The position numbers were made by a program, and so were the translations under genes. DNA of 64,000 nt from Octopus vulgaris (lineage: Eukaryota): contig OX597825.1 in assembly GCA_951406725.2 (NCBI GenBank), positions 82,956,001-83,020,000 on the forward strand, given 5' to 3'. Positions 15,191 to 28,534 of this stretch are shown in pieces. Positions within the stretch are counted from its first letter, which is position 1, and each line of letters begins with the position of its first letter. The notes beneath the pieces are model-generated. The model was given only the letters and a program-made list of their open reading frames with translations. It was not told the DNA's origin and made no database searches.

Positions 15191-16379
15191 ACACTCGGGT
15201 TTGCAAAAGATAAGGCAAGTCATTTTGTCTAATTCTGTGACAGTCCCACCATTTAACCACCTTATTCGTGGCGTTGAATTATGAACGGCAATTTTAACTA
15301 CGGTCAGATTTGAACTCAGAAACTAAGAACCATACTGAAAGACATTCCTAGCAGATACTCTAACGCTTCTGCACATTCACTACCTTTCACACTCATAAGA
15401 TTAAAAAACATATAATTTTGTTTCGTCAACAAACTCAATCCCTATATAGAAATCACAGCGTTTTGGATAGCTTTGATGAGGATCTAATATTTCCTGCTCT
15501 CCTATCAGAGATCTCACCAGAGATCGCTTAAAAACTTCCTTTGACAATGCCGTAAAATTTCGTGTAGAGCCACTTACAAAACATATAATCAGAACAGTTT
15601 GTATTACAGGTCCTTTATATAATCATACTATATTAAGATAATTTACATAATTTCGTATTAATTCTTCTTTTTTTTGCGGCTTGTTCAAAGGAGGTATATT
15701 ATCCATTATCATTTCTCGGGTTGCCAGAATTATGACAGTGGGACGGAAGCATGTCATGGACATTGGTGGCTGCAGAAGAGAGCATTGCACCGGGAAATCC
15801 AGTTATTCAAATGCCGTTGAGTTCTTATGCTTGTCATAGAATACATTGAAGTCAACACACCCAAGTGCCAGATGGTGCATAGATCGGTATAAATGATTAT
15901 GCATCGGTTTAAATGCGTATTATATTCATACGAGAATTGAGCATATGCATATACGACTGGAATGTCAATTTATGATTGGTCTATTCCTGGCGCTAGCGGA
16001 ATGCTTCACAGCCGTCACATTCAGTCAATAATGTTTGTATAGGTTTTGAATAACCAGGCTGGCAAAACCTTTTGGGAGTTAATACAGGAGACTCTATAAA
16101 AGCGCTCGGCCCGTTGCAAAAATAGCAGCTAAATATCATTGAAATTGTAACTTGCCATTTCAAAGATAGGAGGAAATATTGGATCATATAGTTACGTATA
16201 AACACCCACACATACAGACAGACACAGAAACACACACAGACATAAAACACACACACACACACAAACACACACACGTACACTCATATTGATAGACAGAAGG
16301 ATAGATAGATATGCATATATATTATATATATATATAAATATGTATATATATACATACATATATATATATATATATGTAT

Positions 16380-16435
<56 letters not shown>

Positions 16436-16805
16436 CATACATTAGGGTATCTACGAGATACTACCATGCTGAAAATAGCAGCCATGGTCCGAGACTAAAA
16501 TCACCTTGAGTTTTCATATAACTTGATAAGTTCGTTATTTTATTTTAAATTACCGATCTTATCATTATTTATATTTATATATATATAAATATAAATATAT
16601 ATATATATAGTTAGGGTATATTCTATTAAGAATGTAGTAGAGTGCAGTACAACTCTTGTCCTCCTTCAGATTTCAACTGGTGCTATCTAGCAGTAGTATT
16701 ATACGTACTAAGAGATTTGCTTTGATGTTTCTGCAGTATCTGAATGGATAATTGACTCTATATAGTTGACTATATACATATATTTATATATATATATATA
16801 TATAT

Positions 16806-17055
16806 GGAGCACTCCATCGGTTGACGTGCAAGTGACTGTCACGTGTACCCCTAACGTAGTTCTCAGGGAGATTCAGCGTGACACAGGATGTGACAAGGCT
16901 GGCTCCTTTGAAATACAGGTACAACTCATTTTTGCCAGCTGAGTGGACTGGAGCAACGTGAAATAAAGTGTCTTGCTCAAGGACACAACGCGTCGCCGGG
17001 AATTGAACCTCACGACCTTTCATTCGTGAGACGAATGCCCTAACCACTAAGCCAC

Positions 17056-17057
<2 letters not shown>
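16806..17057 (-). mobile_element. tRNA-headed SINE family C (CORE-like TGTGTCCTTGAGCAAGACAC)
   Basis: Reverse complement matches 36941-37043 and 60916-61273. Flanked by (TA)n. Confidence 0.88.
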
Positions 17058-17110
<53 letters not shown>

Positions 17111-18754
17111 TATATGAAAACATGTAACTAAATATACGCATACATACATGTGTGCATTTATATAGATATATAGCTAGGTATGTAGTTATTAGAAATATTG
17201 CATTTACAGTTTTCTGGGGCGAAGATCTCGTTGCCACAAGTCACGCAACTGAAGACTAGAAGACTACATTAATTTAACTTCCTTTTGAATTTGTGAAAAT
17301 ATTTGCCATAATTTTTTAAGATGTTAGACTGTATAGCAGACATGTTTTCGTAGAGACTGACAAGTAGATATTATGAAGCTAAACTGAGGTAAATATTTCA
17401 CGAGTTCTACTAATCAAAATAAATATTTGTAGAATTAAACGTAATAACAACATCTGAATGTATTTATTCATTGGCAATTTAAATCATGCTTTATGGAAGG
17501 GATAGCAGATAAGGTTCTCCTAAAGACTTCGTTAAAATGAATTATTTTCGCGGCAGATGTCGGTGAGTTTAGAGTAAAATATATCAACGCTACCAACACC
17601 AAAGAATACTACGCATGAAAGGAAAAAAATTATAATGAGTAGAAAGTATAAAAGTAGAAATAATAGTAGACAGAATTTGTTCTGGAGAACGTCTATGGTG
17701 ATAGAAGACTTTAACCAAATATAATTCCCATAACCTTATCGTGGTACAAAGTATTAATTGTGTCACGACGGTTCCGAAACTACATACTGTAAACTGTTTG
17801 ATAGTATAAATAAATAAATTCAAAAACGACTATTGTCCCATTAAGTTAGTAAAACAACATCAATACACACATTATACAGAAATGAAACCAAAAAAAAAAA
17901 TCATAAGAATTTTTTTTTATATATTCTACTTTTTAAGATTATCCGAAATTTCTTTACGACTAGAATAAACTTCTCGTAAAAAAACACGGCAGAAACCTAT
18001 TGTTAACTGTAAGGAGAAGAATAAAAAAAAATCAACTTGTTCTTAATGGTGCTGGGAGAGACTGGGGCAATAGCTAGAATTGTAATACAACAAAAGAAGA
18101 CTATAAAGCTATCGAACATTAAAGATCGATATTAAAAATATCGAATAACTATTTTTCACCGAGAAAACTTGAAAGGAGAAATTCTAAAATACTTATAGAA
18201 TGATAAGTATCTCCAAACACCACATAAATATACGAACTTAGCCAAAATAACTGAGGGTATATATAAGAAAGTGCGACTTCTAACTAGCATTGAATATTAT
18301 TAAAGACTCAACGATTCCGGTAATAACATTAAGAATCGACAGTCAAAATCAATAAGTTATTACGAACTGCAAGAATGGGAGTCTACGAGGTCACTTGATG
18401 TGCTAAAATTAACAGCTAAATCTCCTTTAGCTTCAATCAAATTCGATGCAACCCTCTTAAAACTGGAAAGCTATGCAGAATAAAGTAACCTGAAATATAA
18501 CGTAACTATAATATAACTAAAAGCAAGTCGAGTGATTGTTTCAAAGTTTGTCCGTCGATAAGAGTTCGATATAAAGGTCAAGATATTAACGCTTGTCTCT
18601 TTCTATAAGTGTATTGTTGGATCAGCAAAGTAATGAAGACTGTGCGGTTCTATCTCACGCCACTGTGTAATCGCAGTTATTAGAGTGATGAGAAGCGGAT
18701 CACACCGTGGATTTCGGAGCAGCTGGCAGCGTCTCCTGACGGCAAATATTAACG

Positions 18755-18957
18755 GCAGAATCGTTAGCGTATCGAGCAAAATGGTTACCGGCTTTTCGTC
18801 TCTCCGTATGTTCTGAGTTCAAATTCCATCGAGGTTGACTTCGTCTTTCATCACCTCGGGCTCGATAAAAAAAGGTGTCAGCCGATCACTGGTGTCAATA
18901 TAATAGACTAAACCCTTTCCTGAAACTGTTGGCCTTGTGAACAAAATTGAAACCAAT
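18755..18957 (+). mobile_element. SINE family A (alternative tail), diverged
   Basis: GGCAGAATCGTTAGC..GAGTTCAAATTCC..GAGGTTGACTT..GGCCTTGTG..AAAATTGAAACC. Confidence 0.75.
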
Positions 18958-19806
18958 ATTAATCCGCTGAGTTGTCAAACATTTAAACCAAGTTTTCTCA
19001 AAACAACTCGTCCGAACGTTCCATAGACCTCCCCTTTGAGAAACACTGATTTAACCTAAATTTAAGACACCAGGAGAAGAAGAAATGTAGATATACTTTT
19101 TTCTATTCCAAGAAAAACGATTTTATAAATGCACGTTCCCACAACTTTATCGATCATATTCTCACCTGGTATCGATTTTTGTAATTTTTACAAGACTTAT
19201 ACACGCCCTGATATCCTCAGTATCTACATATCAAATGTGAGCGCAATTGGATGGAGGATACCTGAGATCATAGAAGACAAACACACACAGAACGGATTTT
19301 ATATGAATTATATAGAAGAGAAAGATTGAACGTTTTGCACAAGTTGGCTTATTTCAGGTATATAAAAAAACAGCAACAATAATCAAAGAAAACAGGAAGA
19401 ATAATACCAAGACAAACGGAAAAGTAATCGTTGTTCACTTTCCTAGGATCCTGCTACGGCTCATAACAAAAGAGGAGCCAGTCCCACGATAAATGGCGCT
19501 CTTATTTTCATCAAATCATACGCTGCCTGAAATATTTAGAAAAATGACACTGATTAAACAGAACACCAAAGAAGGTACCAGAACCAGTATTGAACTCGCT
19601 AAGTAAGAAATAACATTTCAATATGTCACCCACACAGCCAAAAGATGACCAGAGGTCAGTCGTGAAAGAGTAATGATTGCTAACCTAAATCATGTTTCCA
19701 CTATATCATTAAGGTGCTTTTGTAGTCGTGACTAGACATAGACTGGTTCTCCACTCTTCCATATTTTCACCCAGCATTTTAAGGAAGATATAACAGCTGG
19801 GGAAAA

Positions 19807-20220
19807 GGCGGCGAGCTGGCAGAATCGTTAGCACGCCGGGCGAAATGCGTAGCCGTATTTCGTCTGCCGTTTCGTTCTGAGTTCAAATTCCGCCGAGGTC
19901 GACCTTGCCTTTCATCCTTTCAGCGTCGATTAAATAAGTACCAGTTAATCACTGGGGTCGATGTAATCGACTTAATCCCCTTGTCTGTCCTTGTTTGTCC
20001 TCTCTGTGTTTAGCCCCTTGTGGGTAGTAAAGAAATAGGTATTTCGTCTGCCGCTACATTCTGAGTTCAAATTCCACTGAGGTCGACTTTGCCTTTCATC
20101 CTTTCGGGGTCGATTAAATAAGTACCATTTAATCACTGGGGCCGATGTAATCGACTCAATCTGTTTGTCTGTACTTGTTTGTCCCCTCTGTGTTTAGCCC
20201 CTTGTGGGTAGTAAAGAAAT
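19807..20220 (+). mobile_element. SINE family A dimer (full unit plus headless unit)
   Basis: The second unit restarts at GGTATTTCGTCTG (20038). TSD ATATAACAGCT(A)GGGGAA flanks the whole dimer. Confidence 0.93.
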
Positions 20221-20780
20221 ATATAACAGCTAGGGGAAGAGAGAGCTGCATCAGAAATAATTATCGAGATCAAGGCACAAAGACGGATATAGTGATACTT
20301 ACCAGCAAGAATCGTGAAACCAAAAGGTAATTCAAAGGAATGAATAGACCAGAGTAACCTGAGACGAAGTATCTTACTGAAGAACATAAAGCAACGCGCA
20401 GCCCATGAAACTGAATCTACGATAGAATGTTCAGGAAACGAACGTGCTAACTACTTGACTGCGTGAATTGACGACAAGGTCGTTCCATGTCAAACGAATG
20501 CACTAGATATATGAAGCTACTTGTTGTGTTATATAAAAGAATAAACATTTATTTCTCGTTAAAAAAATAAACATTATCGGGATGAAACCACAAAGACAGA
20601 GACCTACTAATTCTTATCAGCGAGAATCATGAAATGAAAAGGTCATTCGACGCAAACAGTCTGCGCAAAGCAACTCAGTAAATATTTTTCTCATTCCTAC
20701 CAATGGCACCTACTCACTTACCCTCACCACTTCCGCTACTCACACTGAGGAGACAACAACCACTTATTTTTTTCTGTTTG

Positions 20781-20811
<31 letters not shown>

Positions 20812-20930
20812 CATATTATATATATGTTTTATATATATATATATAACATATGTATATACGCACATATATACATATATATATATGCAAACACACATATGTA
20901 CATGTATATATATATGTATGTATATATGTG

Positions 20931-20967
<37 letters not shown>

Positions 20968-21039
20968 TAAATATATACATATATTATTACATGTATATAT
21001 CTACACATATATATACACATATATATGTATATATATATA

Positions 21040-21113
<74 letters not shown>

Positions 21114-21117
21114 TATA

Positions 21118-21153
<36 letters not shown>

Positions 21154-21558
21154 TATCCTAAAGTCACTGGAATCATCTGAAACCGTATTGTAAGAGACAG
21201 AAAAATATGTTCCTGTTCTTGTAAACATCTAGACATCTATTTCTTTGTGCAGCGAGTCTTGTTTACACCACAGCAAATCTGGTGACATTCTTTGGTGACC
21301 CAACCTGCAGGAGATAGCAATGTAGCTCTGTTTAAAACCACACCATGCAGCCTCAACTATGGCACTTTGCATAATATAAGCCTATGTTCTCTGTGTTTAG
21401 AAAGAAAAAGGAAAAGATGAATGCGCCTGGTATTTTTCAACCATAGGTCACTGCATCAGGGCTGGTCTTGGGTTAAATAGCAAGTATGAGAACAACTACT
21501 CTGGTTATATACCAATATAAACCATATATAGAAGCACACACATTTATATATACATACA

Positions 21559-21975
21559 CGCAGGAGTGGCTGTGTGGTAAGTAGCATGCTAACCAACCAC
21601 ATGGTTCCGGGTTCAGTCCCACTGCGTGGCATCTTGGGCAAGTGTCTTTTGCTATAGCCCCGGGCCGAACAATGCCTTGTGAGTGGATTTGATAGACGGA
21701 AACTGAAAGAAGTCTGTCGTATATATGTGTATATATATATGTGTGTATGTGTGTGTGTTTGTGTGTGTGTGTTTGACCCCCTAGCATTGCTTGACAACCG
21801 ATGCTGGTGCGTTTACCTGCCCGTCACATAACGGTTCCGCAAAAGGGACCGATAGAATAAGTATTGGGCTTACAAAGAATAAGTCCCCGGGTCGATTTGC
21901 TCGACTAAAGGCAGTGCTGCAGCATGGCCGCAGTCAAATGACTGAAACAAGTAAAAGAGTAAAAGAGTAAAGAGA
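21559..21975 (+). mobile_element. SINE family B, full length
   Basis: TGGCTGTGTGGTAAG A-box-like, GGGTTCAGTCCC B-box-like, CTTGGGCAAGTG, internal (TA/TG)n, tail (GTAAAAGA)n. Confidence 0.92.
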
Positions 21976-22046
21976 GTATATATATATGTGTGTGTGTGTG
22001 TGTGTTTGTGTGTGCGTGTGTGTGTGTGTATGTATGTCATTATTTA

Positions 22047-22298
22047 GTTTTACTTCAAGGTTTTTTGCCAATAGAGAAAGAGCTGGTTTCTAACCCAGAT
22101 TCAAAGACCCTTCATTGGGTTTTCAACATCAACAACAGGGTATTTATTGTTTTTATGTATATATATGTGTAGATATGTATGTTTTGCTTTATGTATGTAT
22201 TCTCATGCACATAGTAGCATATCTAGACATGCTCACATATATTCAAATAATAAACTTCTGGAAAGTTTTACAGATTTTTACAGTTCCAGTGATGGAAT
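22047..22298 (+). repeat. Unclassified interspersed repeat (family E)
   Basis: TTGCCAATAGAGAAAGAGC.GGTTTCTAACC.AGATTCAA..CAACAACAGGGTATTT recurs inverted at ~49950-50095. Confidence 0.8.
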
Positions 22299-23428
22299 GT
22301 ATGTATGTATGTATGTATGTATGTATGAATGTATGTATGTATGTTTGTATGTATGTATGCATGTATGTATATGTGTATGTATGTATGCATGTATGTATAT
22401 GTGTATGTATGTATGCGCATGTGGGGGTGCTTTAAAATCTGTTAATACTGAGTGGATATATGGGATATAAAGAGATGGAAAGAGACCATTTTTACACTTA
22501 TATTTTAATATTTCGGAGTTAAAACTCCTTCATGAAAACAAAACGGAGGGTGGTGACGAGCATGCAACTATTTTATGCAAAGATACAGAAGATTTTAGCA
22601 TATTTATATGCATACAGGTATATCCGTAGATGGTACATACATCAGAGAATAAATAGCGTGATACAGATCATCTCCAGCACAATCTTACATTCCTGTATAA
22701 AATACCAAACTCAGACATACTATTGTTATCGCAGTATACTACCTCCAGCTCCAACACAATTCATATTTCATATCTGTGGCTGATATTGGAAAAGGAAAAC
22801 AACATTTTTTTGTTTGTTTTTTTAATCATTTGAGAGAAGTACGTCCAATATTTTTCGATAAGTCTGCTTGGCGCGGTTTTAATCTAAAAATACACACCTA
22901 AATATTACATTAATAGAATTACTTTATTGATAAAACACCTTTCACGTTGTGTGTTTCTATGGAAGAGAAAAACAACACACACAAACACACACACACAGCA
23001 AATGAATGAGTACGTACTCTCAGTGTTCGCATTGTCTATACGTGCGGCGAGCAAGCAACATAAATAATAACAATAAAAAAAACATTATAATAAGTAATAA
23101 ATATATGATAAATAAAAGTAAAGGAAGTGTTACCGCAAATAACAAATGGATGGAAGTCAAATGATTTGTTATGAAACAAACAGTGTATGTCAAATAAGTG
23201 TCTTGTTCCGTTCTAATCGAAGAAGGATATAGAGAGATATAATAGATATTGAGTGCAGCATATAACCTGTTTGATATCCTCTTGTGTTTTTGTTATTTGC
23301 TTCCGTTCGCTTTCTTCTGAATATGTTTTTCTATTTGTGGATTGATATATGCTTTATATGCGACATCTCTACATCTATCAATCCGGCTCTACCAATATAT
23401 ATATCTATTTAAATACGGTTGCGCGCGT

Positions 23429-23511
<83 letters not shown>

Positions 23512-23602
23512 ATATTATTAGAGACAAAACCACTATTTTGCAAAACAAACAAGGAAAGACTTAATCAATACATAAAATTTTAATAAAAAGTCAAAAAAAC
23601 CG

Positions 23603-23645
23603 CCACTACAATTGTTTCTTGTCTTGATCAACAATCTTCAGGTGG
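23603..23645 (-). ncRNA. Minimal type-I hammerhead ribozyme (family H1, inverted copy)
   Basis: Reverse complement of 23684-23726 with one change in stem II (C to U, giving a G-U pair). Confidence 0.85.
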
Positions 23646-23683
23646 ACTTCCAATAAGTCAGTTTCAACTGACTTATTGGAAGT

Positions 23684-23726
23684 CCACCTGAAGATTGTCG
23701 ATCAAGACAAGAAACAATTGTAGTGG
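23684..23726 (+). ncRNA. Minimal type-I hammerhead ribozyme (family H1)
   Basis: CCAC-CTGAAGA-TTGTC(GATCAA)GACAA-GAAA-CAATTG-TA-GTGG: stem I CCAC/GTGG, intact core CUGANGA and GAAA, 5-bp stem II, palindromic stem III, GUA cleavage triplet. Confidence 0.88.
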
Positions 23727-23965
23727 CGGTTTTTTTGACTTTTTATTAAAATTTTATGTATTGATTAAGTCTTTCCTTGTTTGTTTTGCAAAATAGTGGT
23801 TTTGTCTCTAATAATATTATATAATATTTTACTATAAAATTGGATTTAATCCTAAATCTGATTTTTTCCCTGTAAATTTGGATTTATTCCCTAATATTTA
23901 TTATATATATATATATATATATGTGCCTGCGTGTGTGAGTGTGTGTGTGTGTATATATAAATATG

Positions 23966-24022
<57 letters not shown>

Positions 24023-24872
24023 GTATATATATATATGTGTGTGTGTATATCTATCTATCTATCTATTTTTCTATATATGTATATATGTATATATATATAT
24101 ATGCACATATGTATATGTGTGTATCTATGTGTATCAGTATAAAGTGAGGGAAAATGGCTAGAAGTGTGCTGGAATAACAAAAGAGGTTCCCTCCATCAAT
24201 TCAGGAAAGTAAGCAACAGCACAAAAACGATACCAAAAAGAACGACAAAAATATTCTTTGATATATTTGAAAAGGCCGATTTTCTTCAAATCAGATAAAT
24301 CGATGTAGCTAGAAGAGATTAAGAAAGCCAGTTCATAAATTTTAAAAAGTTGTGTATCATGAAAAGGTTAACTGATTTTACCGTTATTATATCTCATTAT
24401 CTAATCAATAAAACGCGAAGAGTCTGCAGAGCCATGTAACACGACGGCAAAGCGCGTGGCTTCAATTCGTCCGCTTCTATGGTTTGAGTTCGCATTCCAC
24501 CGAGGACATCTTTGCCTTTCATGCTTTCGGGGTCGATAAAATATGGTGCCATTTGAGCACGAGGCCCTTCTTCCCAAGGTGTCAGACCTTCTCTACTATT
24601 GAAAGAATGTTTAAAGAGAAAAAAAATAATAATCGGAAATCGGAAGTGTCTTCACAGTTTCTTTTTTTAAACCCGTTAAAAGAAATGATAACCGCCTAGA
24701 AGGTACGATTTTAACATTATTGATATGCTTTTATGAGATTTGTAGAACATTTAGTGTAAGCGCTCTGACGAAACGGATTTGCCGCGGGGTCAGTGTTTTG
24801 GGTAGACTGTCTCGTGTGTCATATTCTTATTTTTACATTTGACGGATATTTCTCCTCATCTTGTTTGTTGTT

Positions 24873-24918
24873 AACACAACGTTTCGGCTGATATACACTC
24901 CAGCCTTCATCAGGTGTC
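24873..24918 (-). ncRNA. Minimal type-I hammerhead ribozyme (family H2)
   Basis: Minus strand reads GACAC-CTGATGA-A-GGCTG(GAGTGTATAT)CAGCC-GAAA-CG-TT-GTGTT: core intact, palindromic A-CG-U stem III, GUU triplet. Confidence 0.85.
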
Positions 24919-25059
24919 TTGGGGAAATTTCGAACCTGGGCTACTAACCCCAAGATTCTGAATTCGATTCCAGGCAGTGACCTGAATAATAATAATGATA
25001 ATAAAAATAACATCGAAAAATACCTTAGGAATGAGTACCCAGGTTCGAAAATTCCTCAA

Positions 25060-25105
25060 GATACCTGATAAAGGCTGGAGGGTATATCAGCCGAAACGTT
25101 GTGTT
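25060..25105 (+). ncRNA. Hammerhead ribozyme motif (family H2), core-mutated
   Basis: GATAC-CTGATAA-A-GGCTG...CAGCC-GAAA-CG-TT-GTGTT. CUGAUGA has become CUGAUAA (G8 to A), so it is predicted to be inactive. Confidence 0.75.
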
Positions 25106-26147
25106 AACAACAAACAAGATGAGGACAAATATCCGTCATATGTAAATCCGTCATATGACAAATATCCGTCATATGTAAATAATGTAACTAATGTTCTTAT
25201 TCCCACTTTCAGAAATTCCGAGTACATGAAAAAGTATTGATCGAATGAGTAATCTGTTAGGTGATGCTCTTGCCGTTTCAGCCTTGCTTCGGTGCGATCT
25301 AGCAGTAATGATTACGACCATCAAAATCCGAGACGTTGAAGTCGGAAATGAAGGCATATACGTTGTAATACACTCTATTTTGTAAGCTCAGAAGTGGAAC
25401 GCCGTAGGTCTATACATCCTAATTCCATATCCATTTCTGCTCAAAACGCATTGGACAGATTAGGACGTTTGACAAACCACCTGCCCCAAAACACCATGCA
25501 CTCGGAATGAGCCTGACATCTCGTGTTTGCGAAGCAGACATTTCAACCAGATAGCCATGGCTATTTTTCAACATTTCCTATATATTTCAAACGTACCACG
25601 TATTAGAAATTATACACAAATGTATTAAATATAATAATATACTCTGTTGAAGTATAACTGAAGTAGTATATTCGAATAAGCAACATGTCTAGAAGGAAAG
25701 GAGATTTAATGGGATTTTATCGGAAATTGGTTGGTCATTAAAAACCTATATTTATGGTCCGCTGCGTCTGTCGCTATTTAGATTAACATTTAATAGTTCG
25801 AAATGAAGTCATCTCACTGCGATTCTAATTATTTCTGCTATGATTGTCATAAAAGTGCAGGAAAGAATAGGACCAACCAAGTAGCCTTTCACTTTACAAC
25901 ACTCTGAGATTTTTACGAAAATTGTGCATCATTCGAAAAATTCTAAACAGTTTACGTATTTCAACGGGTCTATCTATCTATCTATCTAGCTAGCTAGCTA
26001 GCTGACTCTCTATGTGACTCACTCTCTGTTTTCACATTGTCCAGATTGTCCACAAATCTCAACTGATTAAACTTTGTAATTAGAATCATTACACCTCAGC
26101 CACTTGGCCTTGCATTAGTAAAGCCGTTTGTACACATATTGGACTAT

Positions 26148-26505
26148 TACGTGTGGTAAGAAGTTTGCTTTCCAACCGCATGGTTCCGGGTTCAGTACCA
26201 CTGCGTGGCACCTTGGGCAAGTGTCTTCCGCTATAGCATCTGGAAGTTGATAAAGCCCGATTTATATGTGTATATTTATGTATGTGTGTCTTTGTGCTGT
26301 GTTTGCCTTTCCACCATCACTTGACAACCGATATCGGTGCGTTTACGTCTCGTAACTTGGCAGTTCGGCAAAAGAGACCGATAGAATAAGTACTAGGTTT
26401 ACAAAGAATAATTCGTAGGGTCTAGTTCTTCGACTAAAGCCCTCTAAGGTGGTGCACCAGCATGGTCGCAGTGAAAATGAGTGAAACAAATAAAAGAAAA
26501 AGAAA
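26148..26505 (+). mobile_element. SINE family B
   Basis: Head, CCTTGGGCAAGT and tail match the other B copies. Confidence 0.88.
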
Positions 26506-26519
26506 ATATTCGCATGAGA

Positions 26520-26930
26520 AATTCTTACTTGTCCTGGATGTTCAGAAGATTTGCAAATAAAGAAAATGTTGTTGTAATTTCAAAAGTCTGCGGACATCCG
26601 CCGCAAAATATTTGGAAGTATCTGCACCATTACCAGTAGTAGATTTTCATCAGCTTGTGCTTGGAATGATCTTCATCTTGAAAGCATTTCCAAAGATATG
26701 GCTAGGAAGGAACCTTGTTACTTTGGCGACCATCGATAAACGTAGCATGGAAATCGCATCTACACAGTTAAGTGTGTATATCAACAAGATTATTCCTTTG
26801 TGATCACAAACAGAATCTGCAAACTTACAAATAGAGGCCGAGCAATTGGAAGAATACATCACCAGAAGTTCTAATAGCATCACGAACCTTTCATTCATCG
26901 CTGCATCACCAAATATGCATGTCATCGATC
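26520..26930 (-). pseudogene. Possible highly decayed CR1/L2-type LINE ORF2 fragment
   Basis: Frameshifted minus-strand peptides KLMKSTTGNGAD / ILPNILRRMS..F..GQV resemble the pre-RT pattern KSxGPDGI..LLK..LFN..G. Weak. Confidence 0.35.
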
Positions 26931-28534
26931 ATGGAGATATGAAAGGGCAGAGTTAACCACAGCGGGATTTGAACTCAGAATGCAAATATTTGGGACTGAC
27001 AGCAGAAGTAACTTCTTCGGTCACTCTACTGAGCCATCATTTACACATCCCCATAAAAAAATGTTTTCTATTACTTCCTTTAATAATGATTTCCAACATC
27101 AATTATTTATGATAATAACATTACTATTTGCATTATAAGCCATTATGGGGTTATGTGCCATCACTGTGATATTATCAATCTCGACTTGGATTATAAGAAC
27201 CAAATACATCTGCATGATTATTAAACACATCAATAGCATAACCAGATTGTATCAAAAACTGACATGAAAGAGTTCACTTATAAACGATACACATTTGTCG
27301 GAACTTAGATCCAAGCAAAATAAATAGAACGTTACTTATCAGATTCCATTCCTTTTTATTTATTCATTTATATTTTCATTTTTTTAGCCATATTAACATC
27401 GGCATGTCATCCCAAAAGACTGGATTCTAGGTTTATAACTCATACTGCATCCATACAAATAAACACCTGTTAATTACATTCGCGTCATTGCTTTAGATTC
27501 CAGAGTAAAAACGTTACGTTTAATACCTGGGTATCATTCATCTTATATCGATCAGAATTGTTACCAATGTATTACATAGTCGCTGTGCAAATATGGATAA
27601 GAGATAGCAGGATCGATAAGGCATTAAAAATAATAAGTTAAGGGATACGTGTTAAAACCTATTGAACACGATTCGTGATGTTAGAGGACAGATGCATTAA
27701 TACAAATCTTATTTAAACTAAAGTAATAAAATCTCTAACAGTATCGGTACACACTCACATACACACATACATAGAAACAATGCAATAAATTATTGATTCG
27801 CCGTTGGAAACATATTGGAGTTCAAATTTCCAATGAAACTGGAAATACAGAGAATTGAAAAATTAAAATAGATTTTTGGTTCCGTAAAACATTTTTTTTT
27901 TTTTTGGTTTAATGTAACAGGTTTGTAATTCTGGACGTTTAGCTAATATTCACATTGCACTTAATATATCACTGGAAATCCAATAAAAAATTTGGTTACC
28001 GATATCGAATTCTTATATTCTTCGCTTATGACATTACATCATTCTTCTTCCTTTTGTCCTTATGGTATTTTCTGTTCTATATTCTGTATATGTAAAGGGC
28101 TCTCTTCGACTCTTTACATATATATTTGATAAAGTTTATAGTTTATATTAAGCATTACTACTATTGTCGAGTGGATTAAATGAAATAAAAACCGTGAAAC
28201 AACTCTGACGATATGGTAGCAGTCGGAAGGAAAAACTAAAATCGTTGTGAGGTTGAGGAGGAATGATACAACATCACTATACAGATGGCAGAAAAGAAAT
28301 GAACTTCTAAATCAGTAACTAAGTGTACGAATGGCTTGTTGCTCTATTGATTAATATAAGTTATTGGGTTCTGGGTTGATATGGAACATGGCCACATTGT
28401 AAACCAATTATTATGCAGAGGAGATCCTTCATCTAAAGGAAGTTAAGCATTGAGCACAAAAGAAGTGGCAAATGTCAACGGGGCCTTGCGTGGGGAGCAG
28501 TGGATGTTTACGAATATCAACCAATATTAATACA

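Larger units (their letters stand above)
23507..23900. mobile_element. Fold-back (inverted) Penelope-like pLTR-type element, family H1
   Basis: Near-perfect ~157-bp inverted repeat centred on 23664/23665 with a 2-nt loop. The right arm continues ~80 bp further. Flanked by (TA)n, with a hammerhead in each arm. Confidence 0.7.
24831..25190. mobile_element. Inverted pair of H2 hammerhead-bearing repeats with tRNA-like segment in the spacer
   Basis: 24831-24940 is the reverse complement of ~25038-25148. The spacer carries GGG-CTACTAA-CCC followed by GAATTCGATTCC (B-box-like). Confidence 0.75.

Noticed and set aside
17600-20520. A-rich stretch as an old LINE (VIEDFN resembling the GDFN motif)
   Set aside because: It is too decayed, and one motif-like word is insufficient.
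28200-28256. CTGACGA...GAAA candidate; similar weak cases at 17249, 20377, 26647 and 29290
   Set aside because: There is no convincing stem II or stem I pairing, and such matches are expected by chance.
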